NCBI GenBank assembly: GCA_027317125.1
Contig: DAHVFG010000001.1
Location: 2,816-66,815, forward strand
DNA: 64,000 nt
Source of the DNA: Chloroflexota bacterium
GTDB taxonomy: Bacteria > Chloroflexota > Chloroflexia > QHBQ01 > JADMIH01
Direction: 5' to 3'
Shown here: in pieces, positions 46,522 to 56,489 of the stretch
Layout: the number at the start of each line of letters is the position of its first letter
Numbering within the stretch: the stretch's first letter is position 1
Made by a program: the position numbers and the translations under genes
Notes under the pieces: model-generated
The model's input: only the letters and a program-made list of their open reading frames with translations
The model's database searches: none
What the model was told of the DNA's origin: nothing

Positions 46522-49335
46522 TCACCCATCTTGCGCCTTCTTGTGCAGCTCATAGAGGACGCCTAACGCTTCAAGGGGCGACATCTCCTCGGGACGGAGG
46601 CCACGCAAATCCTGGCGCAGAGGATCGGGGCCTGCGGCGAAGGACATTTGCAACTGCCCTGTGTCTGCGCTTTGCTGCATCGCCTTGCGCCTTGTCTCTT
46701 TGGTTCCGCCCGCCTCCAGGTCTTGCAGGATATCTTCAGCGCGTCGCAGGATCGCCCTCGGCAGCCCCGCCAGACGTGCCACGTGTATGCCATAAGAGCG
46801 GTCCGCGCCGCCTTGCACAATCTTGTGAAGGAAAACTACCTTCTCGCCCTCCTCGGCCACCGCTACATTATAGTTACGCACCCTGGGGAGCAACTTCTCA
46901 AGCTCCGTCAGCTCGTGGTAATGTGTGGCAAATAGCGTTTTTGAGCCAAGCCGCGGCGAATTATGTATATACTCAACAACTGACCTGGCAATCGCAAGCC
47001 CATCATAAGTTGACGTGCCCCGCCCTATCTCGTCCAGTACGATCAGCGAGCGGTGCGTGGCATGGTTCAGAATGTTGGCGGTTTCCTCCATCTCGACCAT
47101 GAAAGTGCTGCGTCCCGTAGCGATGTCATCTTGTGCGCCCACCCGGGTGAAAATCCTGTCCACAAGCCCAATGTGCGCTTCCTCGGCGGGCACAAACGAC
47201 CCTACTTGCGCCAGCAGCACCAGCAGCGCCACCTGTTTAATATAGACACTCTTGCCCGCCATGTTTGGGCCTGTTAGCAGCATCACGGCGGCACCCGCGC
47301 TATCAAGGGAGGTGTCATTGGGCACAAAGAGGTCTTCGCGCAAGGTAAGCTCAACAACCGGGTGCCGCCCCTCTCTGATCTCTATCGCGGTGCCATCATC
47401 AAGGAGCGGCCTGCTGTAGTTGTGGCGCACAGCTATCTCGGCGAGGGAGCTAAATACATCGAGGAGGGATATCGCTTCGGCCACCTGCAAGAGGCGGCCC
47501 GAGCAAGCTGCCACCTGCCTCAGCACTTCGCCGAAAGCCGCGCGCTCAAGCTCAACCAGTTTCTCCTGTGCGTTGAGGATCAGGTTTTCGTATTCCTTTA
47601 ACTCAGGCGTTAGATAACGCTCGGCTCCAACTAACGTCTGTTTGCGTATATATTCCGCAGGCACAGCCACGCTCTTTGCGCTCGATATCTCTATGTAATA
47701 GCCAAAAACCTTATTGTATCCCACCTTCAGGCTCTTGATGCCGGTGCGCTCTCGCTCCTGCGCTTCTAACCTCGCTATCCAGCCCTTCGCGTCCCTCGAT
47801 GCAGCCCGCAGATTGTCCAGCTCAGGGCTGAACCCCGCACGTATCGAATCGCCCGTGCCGAGTATCGCGGGGGGATCGTCAGCGATAGCCCTGCCGATAA
47901 GCTCGGAGAGGTCATCACAGGGTTGGATACGATTAGCAAGGGAGCCGAGCACTTTTGCACGGCCTTGCGCCATGAGAGCCTCTCTAATCTCAGGCAGACG
48001 GTCAGCCACACTCTTGATGGCTATCATGTCACGTGGGCCGGCTGTGCCCTGCACAGAGCGCGTGCAGAGCCGCTCAAGGTCGGGAAGGTTGTTGAGAAGC
48101 GAGCGCAACTCTACCCGTAGCGCCGCGTTGCCGACAAACGCCTCGATTGCATCCTGGCGGGCGGTGAGCCGTCCGAGATCGAGCAGAGGCTGGTTGAGCC
48201 ATCGAGCAAGCAGGCGAGAACCCATAGCTGTGCGCGTGTCGTCAAGCACAGAGAGGAGCGAGTTGCGCCTGCCCCCTGGGCTTTCCGAGATTTCCAGGTT
48301 GCGCCGCGTCTGCGGATCAAGGGTCATATACTGCTCGGTGGAGTACGTTACCAGGCGCGACAACTGCTGCAAAGCAGAGCGGTTGGCCTCGCTTATATAT
48401 GCGAGGAGAGCGCCTGCTGCTCTCGTCGCCAGGGGCAGGCGTGCACAGCCGTATGGCTCTAATGATGATGCGGAGAAGTGCTTCAAGAGCAAGCGCCGAG
48501 CCGCATCGTGTGACCAGAGATGGCCCGGAGTAACCGTGCGGTGAGGCGAAGATTGGTCGGCTAGCGGCGTAGCTGTGGCGCTGCTGTGACTGCTATCACC
48601 ACTCTCGTCACCGTTGCCGTTGGCGCTTACACTATCTCCTTTGGACCACACCCGGTAAGCGTTTGCACCTGCTTTGCGGCCATTCTCATCTTCATCCTGT
48701 GTTAAAAGCTCAGCAGGTTTGAGGCGATCAAGCTCCTGCTGCACTGCGGTGGCTAGCTCATTGGCCGGGCGGTGTATCTCGGTGGTGGCGAACTCCCCTG
48801 TAGTGATGTCGGCGTATGCGATGCCCGCGCCAGTCTCCTCCATGAGCATAGCGGCAATATAGTTGTTACGCCTCGCGTCGAGCATTCCCGGCTCGGTGAC
48901 GGTGCCCGGCGTAATCACGCGTACCACGTCGCGCTCTACAAGGTCGCGTCCCTTGCCTACCCGATGGTTTGGCACCCCCGCCTCTGCCCAGTTGGCGGTT
49001 ACCGCCGATTCCTTTTTGCCCAGGCGGATGCGCCGTGCGGCGGTTTCCTCGTCCACGTTGGGCGCTGTCAACTGCTCGGCTATAGCCACTTTGTAGCCTG
49101 CCTGCACCAGCTTTGCGATGTAGCCCTCAGCCGAGTGATAAGGTACTCCCGCCATTGGTATCCGCTGCTCTTTGGAGGTGGGGCGAGAAGTAAGCACCAC
49201 ATCGCAGATGCGCGACACGATAGAGGCGTCATCGTCGAAGGTCTCATAGAAGTCGCCGAGGCGAAAAAAGACGATCGTATCGGGGTACTGCCGCTTGATT
49301 TGCAGGTACTGGAGCCTGAGGGGAGTTTCTGCCAA
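46522..49335 (-). CDS. mutS: DNA mismatch repair protein MutS
   Basis: Mismatch-binding N-terminus [37 protein letters not shown]. Walker [37 protein letters not shown]. Confidence 0.9.
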   Translation of the reverse strand: MAETPLRLQYLQIKRQYPDTIVFFRLGDFYETFDDDASIVSRICDVVLTSRPTSKEQRIPMAGVPYHSAEGYIAKLVQAGYKVAIAEQLTAPNVDEETAARRIRLGKKESAVTANWAEAGVPNHRVGKGRDLVERDVVRVITPGTVTEPGMLDARRNNYIAAMLMEETGAGIAYADITTGEFATTEIHRPANELATAVQQELDRLKPAELLTQDEDENGRKAGANAYRVWSKGDSVSANGNGDESGDSSHSSATATPLADQSSPHRTVTPGHLWSHDAARRLLLKHFSASSLEPYGCARLPLATRAAGALLAYISEANRSALQQLSRLVTYSTEQYMTLDPQTRRNLEISESPGGRRNSLLSVLDDTRTAMGSRLLARWLNQPLLDLGRLTARQDAIEAFVGNAALRVELRSLLNNLPDLERLCTRSVQGTAGPRDMIAIKSVADRLPEIREALMAQGRAKVLGSLANRIQPCDDLSELIGRAIADDPPAILGTGDSIRAGFSPELDNLRAASRDAKGWIARLEAQERERTGIKSLKVGYNKVFGYYIEISSAKSVAVPAEYIRKQTLVGAERYLTPELKEYENLILNAQEKLVELERAAFGEVLRQVAACSGRLLQVAEAISLLDVFSSLAEIAVRHNYSRPLLDDGTAIEIREGRHPVVELTLREDLFVPNDTSLDSAGAAVMLLTGPNMAGKSVYIKQVALLVLLAQVGSFVPAEEAHIGLVDRIFTRVGAQDDIATGRSTFMVEMEETANILNHATHRSLIVLDEIGRGTSTYDGLAIARSVVEYIHNSPRLGSKTLFATHYHELTELEKLLPRVRNYNVAVAEEGEKVVFLHKIVQGGADRSYGIHVARLAGLPRAILRRAEDILQDLEAGGTKETRRKAMQQSADTGQLQMSFAAGPDPLRQDLRGLRPEEMSPLEALGVLYELHKKAQDG

Positions 49336-49376
49336 GTTAGAAGTCCCTTCTATTTGCTGCCTGATTGCAACAGGGT

Positions 49377-50138
49377 TTATAGCTGCTCGGTTCGATAGTG
49401 ATAATCGTACAGAGGGCTGAATCCGAGCCGGGAATAAAGGCTGATGGCTGCATCGTTGGTCGAGAGCACCTGTAAATATAGCCTCTCTGCGCCGTTTTGC
49501 AGGCTCCAGGCGGCAAGAGCACGCACTATTTCTCTTCCGATGCCCTTGCGCCTGTGCTCAGGTGCTGTGGCGATGTTGAACAAGCCTGACCAGCCGCGCT
49601 CACAAGCAGCGCTGCCTATGCCTACCGCCTTACCTTCAAGCTCCAGACGCAAGTAGCAGGTGCGAGGCCCAATTCGTGAGAGGATCTGTTGGTAGACGGC
49701 CTTCTTCTCTTCCGCTATGCCCTCTATTTTGATGAACGTGTCGAGCCATCCTTCTTCCAGCATGCTGTATGTTGCGACACCGAACCGTCCGGTTTTCTCC
49801 ACCCGCTCAAGCACTGCACGGCAACCGGCGATATATACGGCGCTGCGAGCCTCTACGATGTAATCGTGTCCTTCAAGGAAGGCATCCAGCCCGGCGGGTG
49901 AAGCATCGCAAAGCTGAAAACGTACAGGCAAGCTCAGCCGCCTGTAGAAGTCTGTTATCTCATCGAGCCATGCAGTGTAATGAGGAGTAGGCCCTACAGC
50001 GTGAACACTGTTGGCGCGTCTGGTGACATTGGAGGCGGCGCGTAATGTCCACCCCTCTAACTGCTGCTGAATGGGTGCAGGCCAGGCGTTGGCAGCCATC
50101 TCCTCTATTGTTTGTACCACTTCTTCCCTGCCGCTCAT
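49377..50138 (-). CDS. GNAT-family N-acetyltransferase
   Basis: C-terminal acetyl-CoA site RRKGIGREIVRALAAW; NAT fold spacing. Confidence 0.65.
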   Translation of the reverse strand: MSGREEVVQTIEEMAANAWPAPIQQQLEGWTLRAASNVTRRANSVHAVGPTPHYTAWLDEITDFYRRLSLPVRFQLCDASPAGLDAFLEGHDYIVEARSAVYIAGCRAVLERVEKTGRFGVATYSMLEEGWLDTFIKIEGIAEEKKAVYQQILSRIGPRTCYLRLELEGKAVGIGSAACERGWSGLFNIATAPEHRRKGIGREIVRALAAWSLQNGAERLYLQVLSTNDAAISLYSRLGFSPLYDYHYRTEQL

Positions 50139-50384
50139 GCTTATGTAGCCGCCCAGGCGGAGCCGCGATCACTCGTCAGGGTAGATATAGCCGGCCCCAT
50201 TTGCTGCGAGTGATAAAGCCTCATTACGGTAGAAAGTAGCTCCATAGCTTCCCGGATTTATATTATAGCATAGCACGCGTTGTATTTATGCTGTGCGAAC
50301 AGTTACGAAGGATAGCGACCTTGCACCCTCTTTACCGCTAAGTTACAATACGATGCTACGAAAAATGGAGGGGATAGAACAAAG

Positions 50385-50852
50385 ATGCCTATTTATGAAT
50401 ACAAATGTGCAGACTGCAAGAGGCTGGTCAGCATTTTCTTCCCTAGCTTTCAGGCCGCCGAGCGGCGTATAGCGGCGGGCGAGGCAACTTGCCCACGCTG
50501 CGGCAGCTTAAAGCTCACACGTCAGATGTCGCGTGTTACTATGCTACGCGCCGGTGATGCAAGCATCAACGATCTATCGGACGATCCTGATAGCCTCATG
50601 GAGGGGCTGAACGAAGACGACCCGCGCTCGGTGGCGAGATGGGCACGCCGCATGAAGGATAACATGGGCGAGGAAATGGATATGGGGCCTGAGTTCGACC
50701 AGGCGCTGACCCGCATCGAAAAAGGAGAAGACCCTGATAAGGTAATGGGAGATATAGATATGGACGCTATCGGCGGCATGGCTGGAGGTGGAGATGAAGT
50801 CGGTGACTTCGGTGATGACGACTTCGGGCCTGCATCTATAGGTTTGGGCTAG
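50385..50852 (+). CDS. FmdB-family zinc-ribbon protein with acidic C-terminal tail
   Basis: MPIYEYKCADC...ATCPRCGS (FmdB CxxC-x-CPxCG pattern), followed by a D/E-rich tail. GGAGGGG RBS. Confidence 0.7.
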   Translation: MPIYEYKCADCKRLVSIFFPSFQAAERRIAAGEATCPRCGSLKLTRQMSRVTMLRAGDASINDLSDDPDSLMEGLNEDDPRSVARWARRMKDNMGEEMDMGPEFDQALTRIEKGEDPDKVMGDIDMDAIGGMAGGGDEVGDFGDDDFGPASIGLG

Positions 50853-50949
50853 CAGACCTGTGGTTAGACCCTTCCTCTACATCCAGGTAATAGAACACCC
50901 ATCTCCTGACCCTTCCCTGAGGAACGTATCTTGCCGTTGTGCGCGGCGG

Positions 50950-51213
50950 CTATTGCAGCAACAGCTCAAAGTGCACTCGGTCTTCGTCCTCATTGGCCCT
51001 TTTGAGTCGGTCCCACAGACTCTGTGCGAAGAGGAGACTCTTCTCACCCGTAAGCAATGTCACCACCGAGCCGAGGGCAAACCCGAAGATTACCCCAATG
51101 CCAAGCCCCACCACCAGATAGCCCGAAAAGGACTTCGGTGCGATAGAGACATGAATGGGGGGTCGTGGACTGTTGCCTATGTTTAAGAGGCCGCGTTCTG
51201 TTTTAACCTGCAT
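50950..51213 (-). CDS. small membrane protein, hypothetical
   Basis: Single TM helix GYLVVGLGIGVIFGFALGSVVTLL. Confidence 0.3.
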   Translation of the reverse strand: MQVKTERGLLNIGNSPRPPIHVSIAPKSFSGYLVVGLGIGVIFGFALGSVVTLLTGEKSLLFAQSLWDRLKRANEDEDRVHFELLLQ

Positions 51214-51280
51214 ATGGCTTTCCTCCCATAGGGCGTAAGAAGCTATATACTGCTATTGTAACTACCATGTTACTGCGGTG

Positions 51281-51670
51281 TTATTGCACTACCAGCACCG
51301 GCTGCGCAGCCGCCCAAAGCTGCTCAAGACGGTAAAAATCGCGTGTGGCCGGATCAAAGACATGTACTAACACGGCTCCATAATCCATTAGCACCCATCT
51401 GGCTTCGACCAGCCCTTCTATGTTGATAGGATTGACGCCGTCCTTCCCAAGCTGCTCGTCTATCTCTCGGGCTATAGCCCGCACCTGCCTGTCGCTTGTG
51501 CCCGTGCAGATGACAAAGTAATCAGCAATAATAGACACTTTGCTTATATCAAGCATCACAATATCTTCCGCTTTGCGGTCTGAGGCAATCTCGACCACTT
51601 TACGCGCCAACTCGTTCGCTTCCAGTACAATACCTCCCCTTCGCTTTGCCTGTATGCCCCTGTATGTCAT
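51281..51670 (-). CDS. rsfS: ribosome silencing factor RsfS (Iojap)
   Basis: LARKVVEIASDRKAEDIVMLDISKVSIIADYFVICTGTSDRQVRAIAREI ... WVLMDYGAVLVHVF. Confidence 0.8.
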   Translation of the reverse strand: MTYRGIQAKRRGGIVLEANELARKVVEIASDRKAEDIVMLDISKVSIIADYFVICTGTSDRQVRAIAREIDEQLGKDGVNPINIEGLVEARWVLMDYGAVLVHVFDPATRDFYRLEQLWAAAQPVLVVQ

Positions 51671-51862
51671 TGTCTCTTATATTATACCATCCTTCCTATG
51701 TGTGCCATGTATGGTTGGAAAACAGGCGCTAAGCAAAACAACAGGCAAAAGGATTAGCCGTTAACCCTGACCTTGAAGCCCTCGGCATCATATTGCTCGC
51801 GTAACGCGCAACGCTCCAGCTTTGGGCCGGAGCATTGGGTAGTCTTATTGATTGCCGGGCTG

Positions 51863-52471
51863 TTAGCGCGGTACGTTTGTCAGCAGCCAGGCAAAGATTA
51901 TCAGGTAGCAAATGATCGCTAGGATGATCAGGGCCTTGCCGGGGCTTAGTGATAAGAGGCCACGTCGAGAGGCAGATGAAGTCACGCGTTGCCTGCTCTG
52001 CTCGCTCACAACAGATGTTTCTCTATTGGGATCATAAGGCAAAACTTCCTCTCCCAGGTATGCAGCTTCAGAAGCGCCAGCGCCAGCTGCGGTCGGTGCC
52101 GGCTCAGGCGCGGGTACTGCGGCCCCGTAGGAGCTTTTATAGGCAGGAGCTTCGACAGGAGCGAAGAGCGTAGCACTCTGTGCGTTCACTGGCCGGCGCA
52201 AAGTGACCCAGCGCAAGCCCAGAGCCGCTTCTTCGTTAGAAGGGTCGAGGGAGTGAGCGCGTGAAAAAGCTAGCTCTGCTTCATCCAGGTCCTGGCTTGT
52301 GCCACCAAGCCACACCCATACCTCAGCCTCAGAGGGGTGTGTTGAGGCAAGTTGCTGGAAAATATCATGAGCAGCAGCCTTATTGCCTGCCTGCGCCGCA
52401 GCTATACCGCGCCGCATGGCGTCTGCCGCATCTCCCCTCTCAGTTGTAGCGTCAACAACATTTGTCTGCAT
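51863..52471 (-). CDS. TPR-repeat protein with C-terminal membrane anchor
   Basis: Two TPR-like helical pairs at the N-terminus, C-terminal TM ALIILAIICYLIIFAWLL. Confidence 0.5.
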   Translation of the reverse strand: MQTNVVDATTERGDAADAMRRGIAAAQAGNKAAAHDIFQQLASTHPSEAEVWVWLGGTSQDLDEAELAFSRAHSLDPSNEEAALGLRWVTLRRPVNAQSATLFAPVEAPAYKSSYGAAVPAPEPAPTAAGAGASEAAYLGEEVLPYDPNRETSVVSEQSRQRVTSSASRRGLLSLSPGKALIILAIICYLIIFAWLLTNVPR

Positions 52472-52740
52472 GATTCTTACCTCGCGAAACTAGGCGTAAT
52501 AGACGTGGCGGCCAGACGCCCGATGAACTTATCTTACATTAGAGGCACAGCGGCGGCAATAGTTTCGGCTTAATTTCGGGACTAATGTACTGCCCGAAAG
52601 TAGCTGTGACGCGCACCTGCGGGCCCTCATGCAACAGCAAGGGAAACAGAAAAGGCAGAGGAAGCTCGATGTCCTGGGAATTACACACCCATAAGGACGG
52701 CGTTTCCTCTGCCTAGCCGTGGACAGGACAGCACTACCTG

Positions 52741-52999
52741 CTAAGCCACGTTGCTGTCCCGCTCTGGCGTTGGGGCTGCACCACGCTGGTCAGCGGTAAA
52801 GAGGGAAAGCTGGCGCGTGAGGGAGCTGCGGCCCGCAGGCTCGCGGAAGCGCAACAAGTCGCCTTTGCGTACCAGCAATCCGCGCTGCATCGGCATATTC
52901 CAGGCGCGCAGCTTCCCTTCCCGAACTGCCAACCTCACGTCGGCTTCCGTCACACCCAGGTAGAGGGCGGCTTGTTTGGTTGTGTACATCTCATCGCTC
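52741..52999 (-). CDS. excisionase-family helix-turn-helix DNA-binding protein
   Basis: MSDEMYTTKQAALYLGVTEADVRLAVREGKLRAW.. matches the HTH_17/excisionase (TIGR01764) pattern. Confidence 0.6.
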
Positions 53000-53061
53000 A
53001 TATCTCTCTCCCGCTTTGTGTGGGTGCGCGCCATTCGCCCCACCTGCTCTACTTCTCTCCA

Positions 53062-53970
53062 TTAGGCTGCGGCTTCACCTTTGAGCATGTCTATGAACTG
53101 TGAGGCCTCTGCTTTGGTAAGCTCGGTAGGTCGTACACCGAATACCTCATCACAGCGGTCATCTACCTGGCTCTCGGAGAGTCGCTTGCTGGCTCGGCCA
53201 ATAGCATATATCGCCTTAACCTGTTTCTCTGTAGCCTGGAAGCCGTTGGGTGACGCCTCCGACGCGGCGGGCAGCCTGTCGAAGTCGTCGTCCTGGGCGG
53301 GCATGCGGCCTCCGTTGCTCGGCGCGGCAGATTTGAAGCCCCACGAGTTAGTTTCCCTGGCAGCCCCATTGCCGCTGTTACCCTTAGTGTTGCGGGCGAA
53401 GTTGCTAGCTCGGTCAATGATATTGCGCGGTTCCGCAAGGTTGACAGGGGCATCTACCACCTGTTTGGTGCCGGGGCGTGCGTTAGATGAGAAGTCGAAG
53501 TCCTGGCAGAACTGTGTTCCGAAGCCGAGAGCCGCGAGGGCACGGCCAAGAGCCTTTGTCTCGGCGGCTTCTATATAGTCGTGGAAGTCGCGCACAGTCT
53601 CGGAGCCCCAGCCGGTGGCTTTGCCGCCATTCGGCACTTCAACTTCGGCTCGGAAGAGGGCGAAGCCGCTCTCCTCGTTGTGCTGCACAATCTCGGTGGT
53701 CATGCGAGCATCGGGGTGCTGGCTGCGCAGCCAGAGGAGCCGCCACTTTACTTCAAGGTAGTCACGGCCATCAAAGTTGCTGAGGTACTGTGTAGGATCA
53801 AATGGCTGGGCTGCGGGCGATGTTCCGCTCTTTACCGCAGGCTTCGCGATGGACCCGTGCGTTGAATTTCCGCCTTGCTGGTCATCTGCGAAGCCCGTGG
53901 CAGCTACTTGTTGGGTGCCTTCACCCTCTACATCGTCAACCGGGAACTCTGCTCTTTTCTTGGCGCTCAT
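53062..53970 (-). CDS. Rad52/22-family single-strand annealing protein (DdrA/Sak-like) with extra C-terminal domain
   Basis: YLEVKWRLLWLRSQHPDARMTTEIV...GFALFRAEVEV...GGKATGWGSETVRDFHDYIEAAETKALGRALAALGFG parallels the Rad52 core (..GYGVSEG..SKA..EKARKEAVTDALKRALRSFGN). Confidence 0.55.
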   Translation of the reverse strand: MSAKKRAEFPVDDVEGEGTQQVAATGFADDQQGGNSTHGSIAKPAVKSGTSPAAQPFDPTQYLSNFDGRDYLEVKWRLLWLRSQHPDARMTTEIVQHNEESGFALFRAEVEVPNGGKATGWGSETVRDFHDYIEAAETKALGRALAALGFGTQFCQDFDFSSNARPGTKQVVDAPVNLAEPRNIIDRASNFARNTKGNSGNGAARETNSWGFKSAAPSNGGRMPAQDDDFDRLPAASEASPNGFQATEKQVKAIYAIGRASKRLSESQVDDRCDEVFGVRPTELTKAEASQFIDMLKGEAAA

Positions 53971-54301
53971 TTACTCTTGCCTCCTAAGCTCTAAATCTCA
54001 AACTCAGCTCTACTTTTCGACTACTTTCAGCGAGCTTGCAAACCCCTCAGCAGATGCTTGCTCACTCACTTCTTGTACTAAGATTATAGCAAATATGTTC
54101 TTATTTGTCAAGTAGATAAGGCTATTTTGTTCTAAATTGCACGATCCGTTTCGGCAGCCCTGTGAGCAAAGTGAGGTGGGATTTAAAGGGTAGAAAGATA
54201 TAGAGGCGGAGCTTATACGGTCACCTGCCGTCTGTCGTCCAGCCTCATAGCCGCGGCGTGATTACGCAATGGTTAGCAATGGCGCTGATGCGGGCCAGAG
54301 G

Positions 54302-56347
54302 TCACGGAAGCGTGCCATATCGCTGCAAGTATCGCTGCAAGCCAAGCGCGCCCAGAGTTACTTGCTCAGTACCATTAGAACTTTTGGTCACCTCGAGCCT
54401 TGACCGCTCAAAGTATTGCACACGCCGGGTCTGGTCGTCTATGGGATTGTACTCGTCTAATGCTTCGCTGACAGGGTAGCCGAGGGCAGTCACATCGCCA
54501 TGAGAGCGCCAGTAGGAAAGAAAAGGCTCGGAAATATTGTGGCGAGTCTCAGGCATGTAAGTAGAGCCGGAGATAGGTTGCGCGGGGTCAAAACGCGTGT
54601 CCGTAGGAGTGTAATAGAAGAGGCGGAAATCTAGCTTGCTGAGCCTGATTTGAGGGCCTTTCTCGTCAGGATCAGGCCCAATTTCCAGCACGGCATCGCG
54701 GAAGTACTGCACGGTACGACCTGCTTCGCTCAACTCATCGGTCACGGCGGGTCCAAAGCGTGCCAGGCCGCCGTTGGCCTTCCAGAAGTCGAGGAAGCCG
54801 CCACGCACACAATACTTTGTGTCGTTGAAGCATTGCTCCGCGCCTACTAGCCTGGGAGCGAGCAGAGGCTTGCGGAAAGGAGCGAAGTTAGGTGGATTGC
54901 TACCTACCTGCGCCACCTTGTAAGGCGACGAGTTACCTGTGTAAGGCCCGGCGCTGAATGCGTAAAGATAACCATCGTTAGAGGCCACGTATAAGACGCC
55001 CCCCGCGATAGTGGTCGGCGCGTAGATTGTTCCGCCCGTAGCGTACTCCCACAACAGGTCGCCTGTGGAGGCGTTTAATACCTCAACGGTGTCATCACCC
55101 GCAGCCACTACGAGGCCGTTGGCGGCAGCAAGGGCAGGCAGCACTGACCCGCTGGTGGGGTGTATCCACTTTACGGCACCCGTTGTGGGGTCGAGCGCGT
55201 GAACTGTGCCCGCGAACTTCTGCGCCGTCCCGAGCGACAGGTAGCCCGCCGCCGCATAGATGGTGTTATAGGCGTATACGCTCGACGAAACATCTCCTTC
55301 ACCGCACTGAGGACACGAGCCGCCATCCGCTACCTGTGTGCTCCATACGGGTCCTGCCACGAGTTTATCTGCACGGAAGGCGTAATAGTAGCCGTTCTTG
55401 GCGGCTGCGCCCACCATGGTTTTGCCGTCGCGGTCCTGAAAGAGTGTGGGGGTCGTGCCCCAATCACCATCGAATACCTGCTCTGATATTGGTATTTGCC
55501 AGGCATCCATGACCTTGAGGGTGTTCTTATCAAGCCGGGCAATGCTGTAGCTGTTGGGAATATAGAAGTCGCCGGAGGCTGTGGTTACATAGATATTACC
55601 CGTTGCCTGGTCCACCATTGGTGAGGTCCATAGACCTCCTCCCTTCTGGCCCTGGGACACGAAGCTCGACTGCATCTCGGCCTTGCCGGTCTCGGCGTTG
55701 ACACCGAAGACTTGCGCGTACGGGAAGGGCCTGTCGCAGAGGGCTGCGATGCCGTAGTAAATCCTGCCGCCGTAAAGTAGGGGTGATGCCCAGTTGTATG
55801 CCCCACCGGTCTCGCTGTTGTCGCCCGTCTGAAACTTCCAGAGGGTGCTTCCTGTTTGCGGGTCGAGAGCATACAGGTACTGGTCACCGCCACCCACGTA
55901 AAGCGCCTTGTCGGTGACGACAGGGGCTGAAGTGACGCCTGCCGTTTGGGGCACGCACCTCTTAGAGGTGGTCTGCCCCAGGTTAGCCTTCCACTTTACC
56001 GAGCCGTCAGCGACATTGAGGGCGTACATGAAGCCATCCCAGGAGCCAAGATATATCAACCCACCTTTTACTATAGGTTGCGCGGCCAGCACGTTACCGA
56101 GCTTCTGCTTCCAGACCAGCTTCAGCTTTGAAGCGTTATCAGGCGATAGGCGCGTCTCCGCCGAGTTGAAGCCGCTGCGCGCAGCATCATACATGTAGGT
56201 GGGCCACTCATCAGGGTTGCCCACGTTTGTGTTGGAAGTGAGCTTGTTGGCGTCGCCCGCCAGGTAGGTTGCCCCCAGGCCAAGCGCTACGACACACAGC
56301 ACTAGCAGAGCCAGCAAGCCGGTGTGCTTCTTAGATAACTTCATCAT
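54302..56347 (-). CDS. secreted PQQ-like beta-propeller repeat protein with C-terminal non-propeller domain
   Basis: Signal peptide; repeated blades ..GGLIYLGSWDGFMYALNVADGSVKWK.., ..LYVGGGDQYLYALDPQTGSTLWKF.., ..GVLYVASNDGYLYAF. Confidence 0.75.
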   Translation of the reverse strand: MMKLSKKHTGLLALLVLCVVALGLGATYLAGDANKLTSNTNVGNPDEWPTYMYDAARSGFNSAETRLSPDNASKLKLVWKQKLGNVLAAQPIVKGGLIYLGSWDGFMYALNVADGSVKWKANLGQTTSKRCVPQTAGVTSAPVVTDKALYVGGGDQYLYALDPQTGSTLWKFQTGDNSETGGAYNWASPLLYGGRIYYGIAALCDRPFPYAQVFGVNAETGKAEMQSSFVSQGQKGGGLWTSPMVDQATGNIYVTTASGDFYIPNSYSIARLDKNTLKVMDAWQIPISEQVFDGDWGTTPTLFQDRDGKTMVGAAAKNGYYYAFRADKLVAGPVWSTQVADGGSCPQCGEGDVSSSVYAYNTIYAAAGYLSLGTAQKFAGTVHALDPTTGAVKWIHPTSGSVLPALAAANGLVVAAGDDTVEVLNASTGDLLWEYATGGTIYAPTTIAGGVLYVASNDGYLYAFSAGPYTGNSSPYKVAQVGSNPPNFAPFRKPLLAPRLVGAEQCFNDTKYCVRGGFLDFWKANGGLARFGPAVTDELSEAGRTVQYFRDAVLEIGPDPDEKGPQIRLSKLDFRLFYYTPTDTRFDPAQPISGSTYMPETRHNISEPFLSYWRSHGDVTALGYPVSEALDEYNPIDDQTRRVQYFERSRLEVTKSSNGTEQVTLGALGLQRYLQRYGTLP

Positions 56348-56489
56348 ATACTTTTCTAGTGATGCTCACCGTACGCGGCAACCGGCGGTCGTCACTCGCC
56401 GGCTGTAAGGCAAGCTGCTATCTCGCAGGTCAGGATAGTTCCGCGATGTAGGCAGGCTTTGATTGGCCGCACATTGCCGAGGCAACGGG

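Noticed and set aside
47714-48544. 276-aa plus-strand ORF inside mutS, and others at 48772..49398
   Set aside because: Antisense shadows of mutS. Compositionally biased (Ser/Arg-rich) with no motifs.
52472-54301. Complete prophage or integrative element around the Rad52-like gene
   Set aside because: There is no integrase, terminase, capsid gene, tRNA or att-like repeat in the window. Only a two-gene remnant or domesticated module is supportable.
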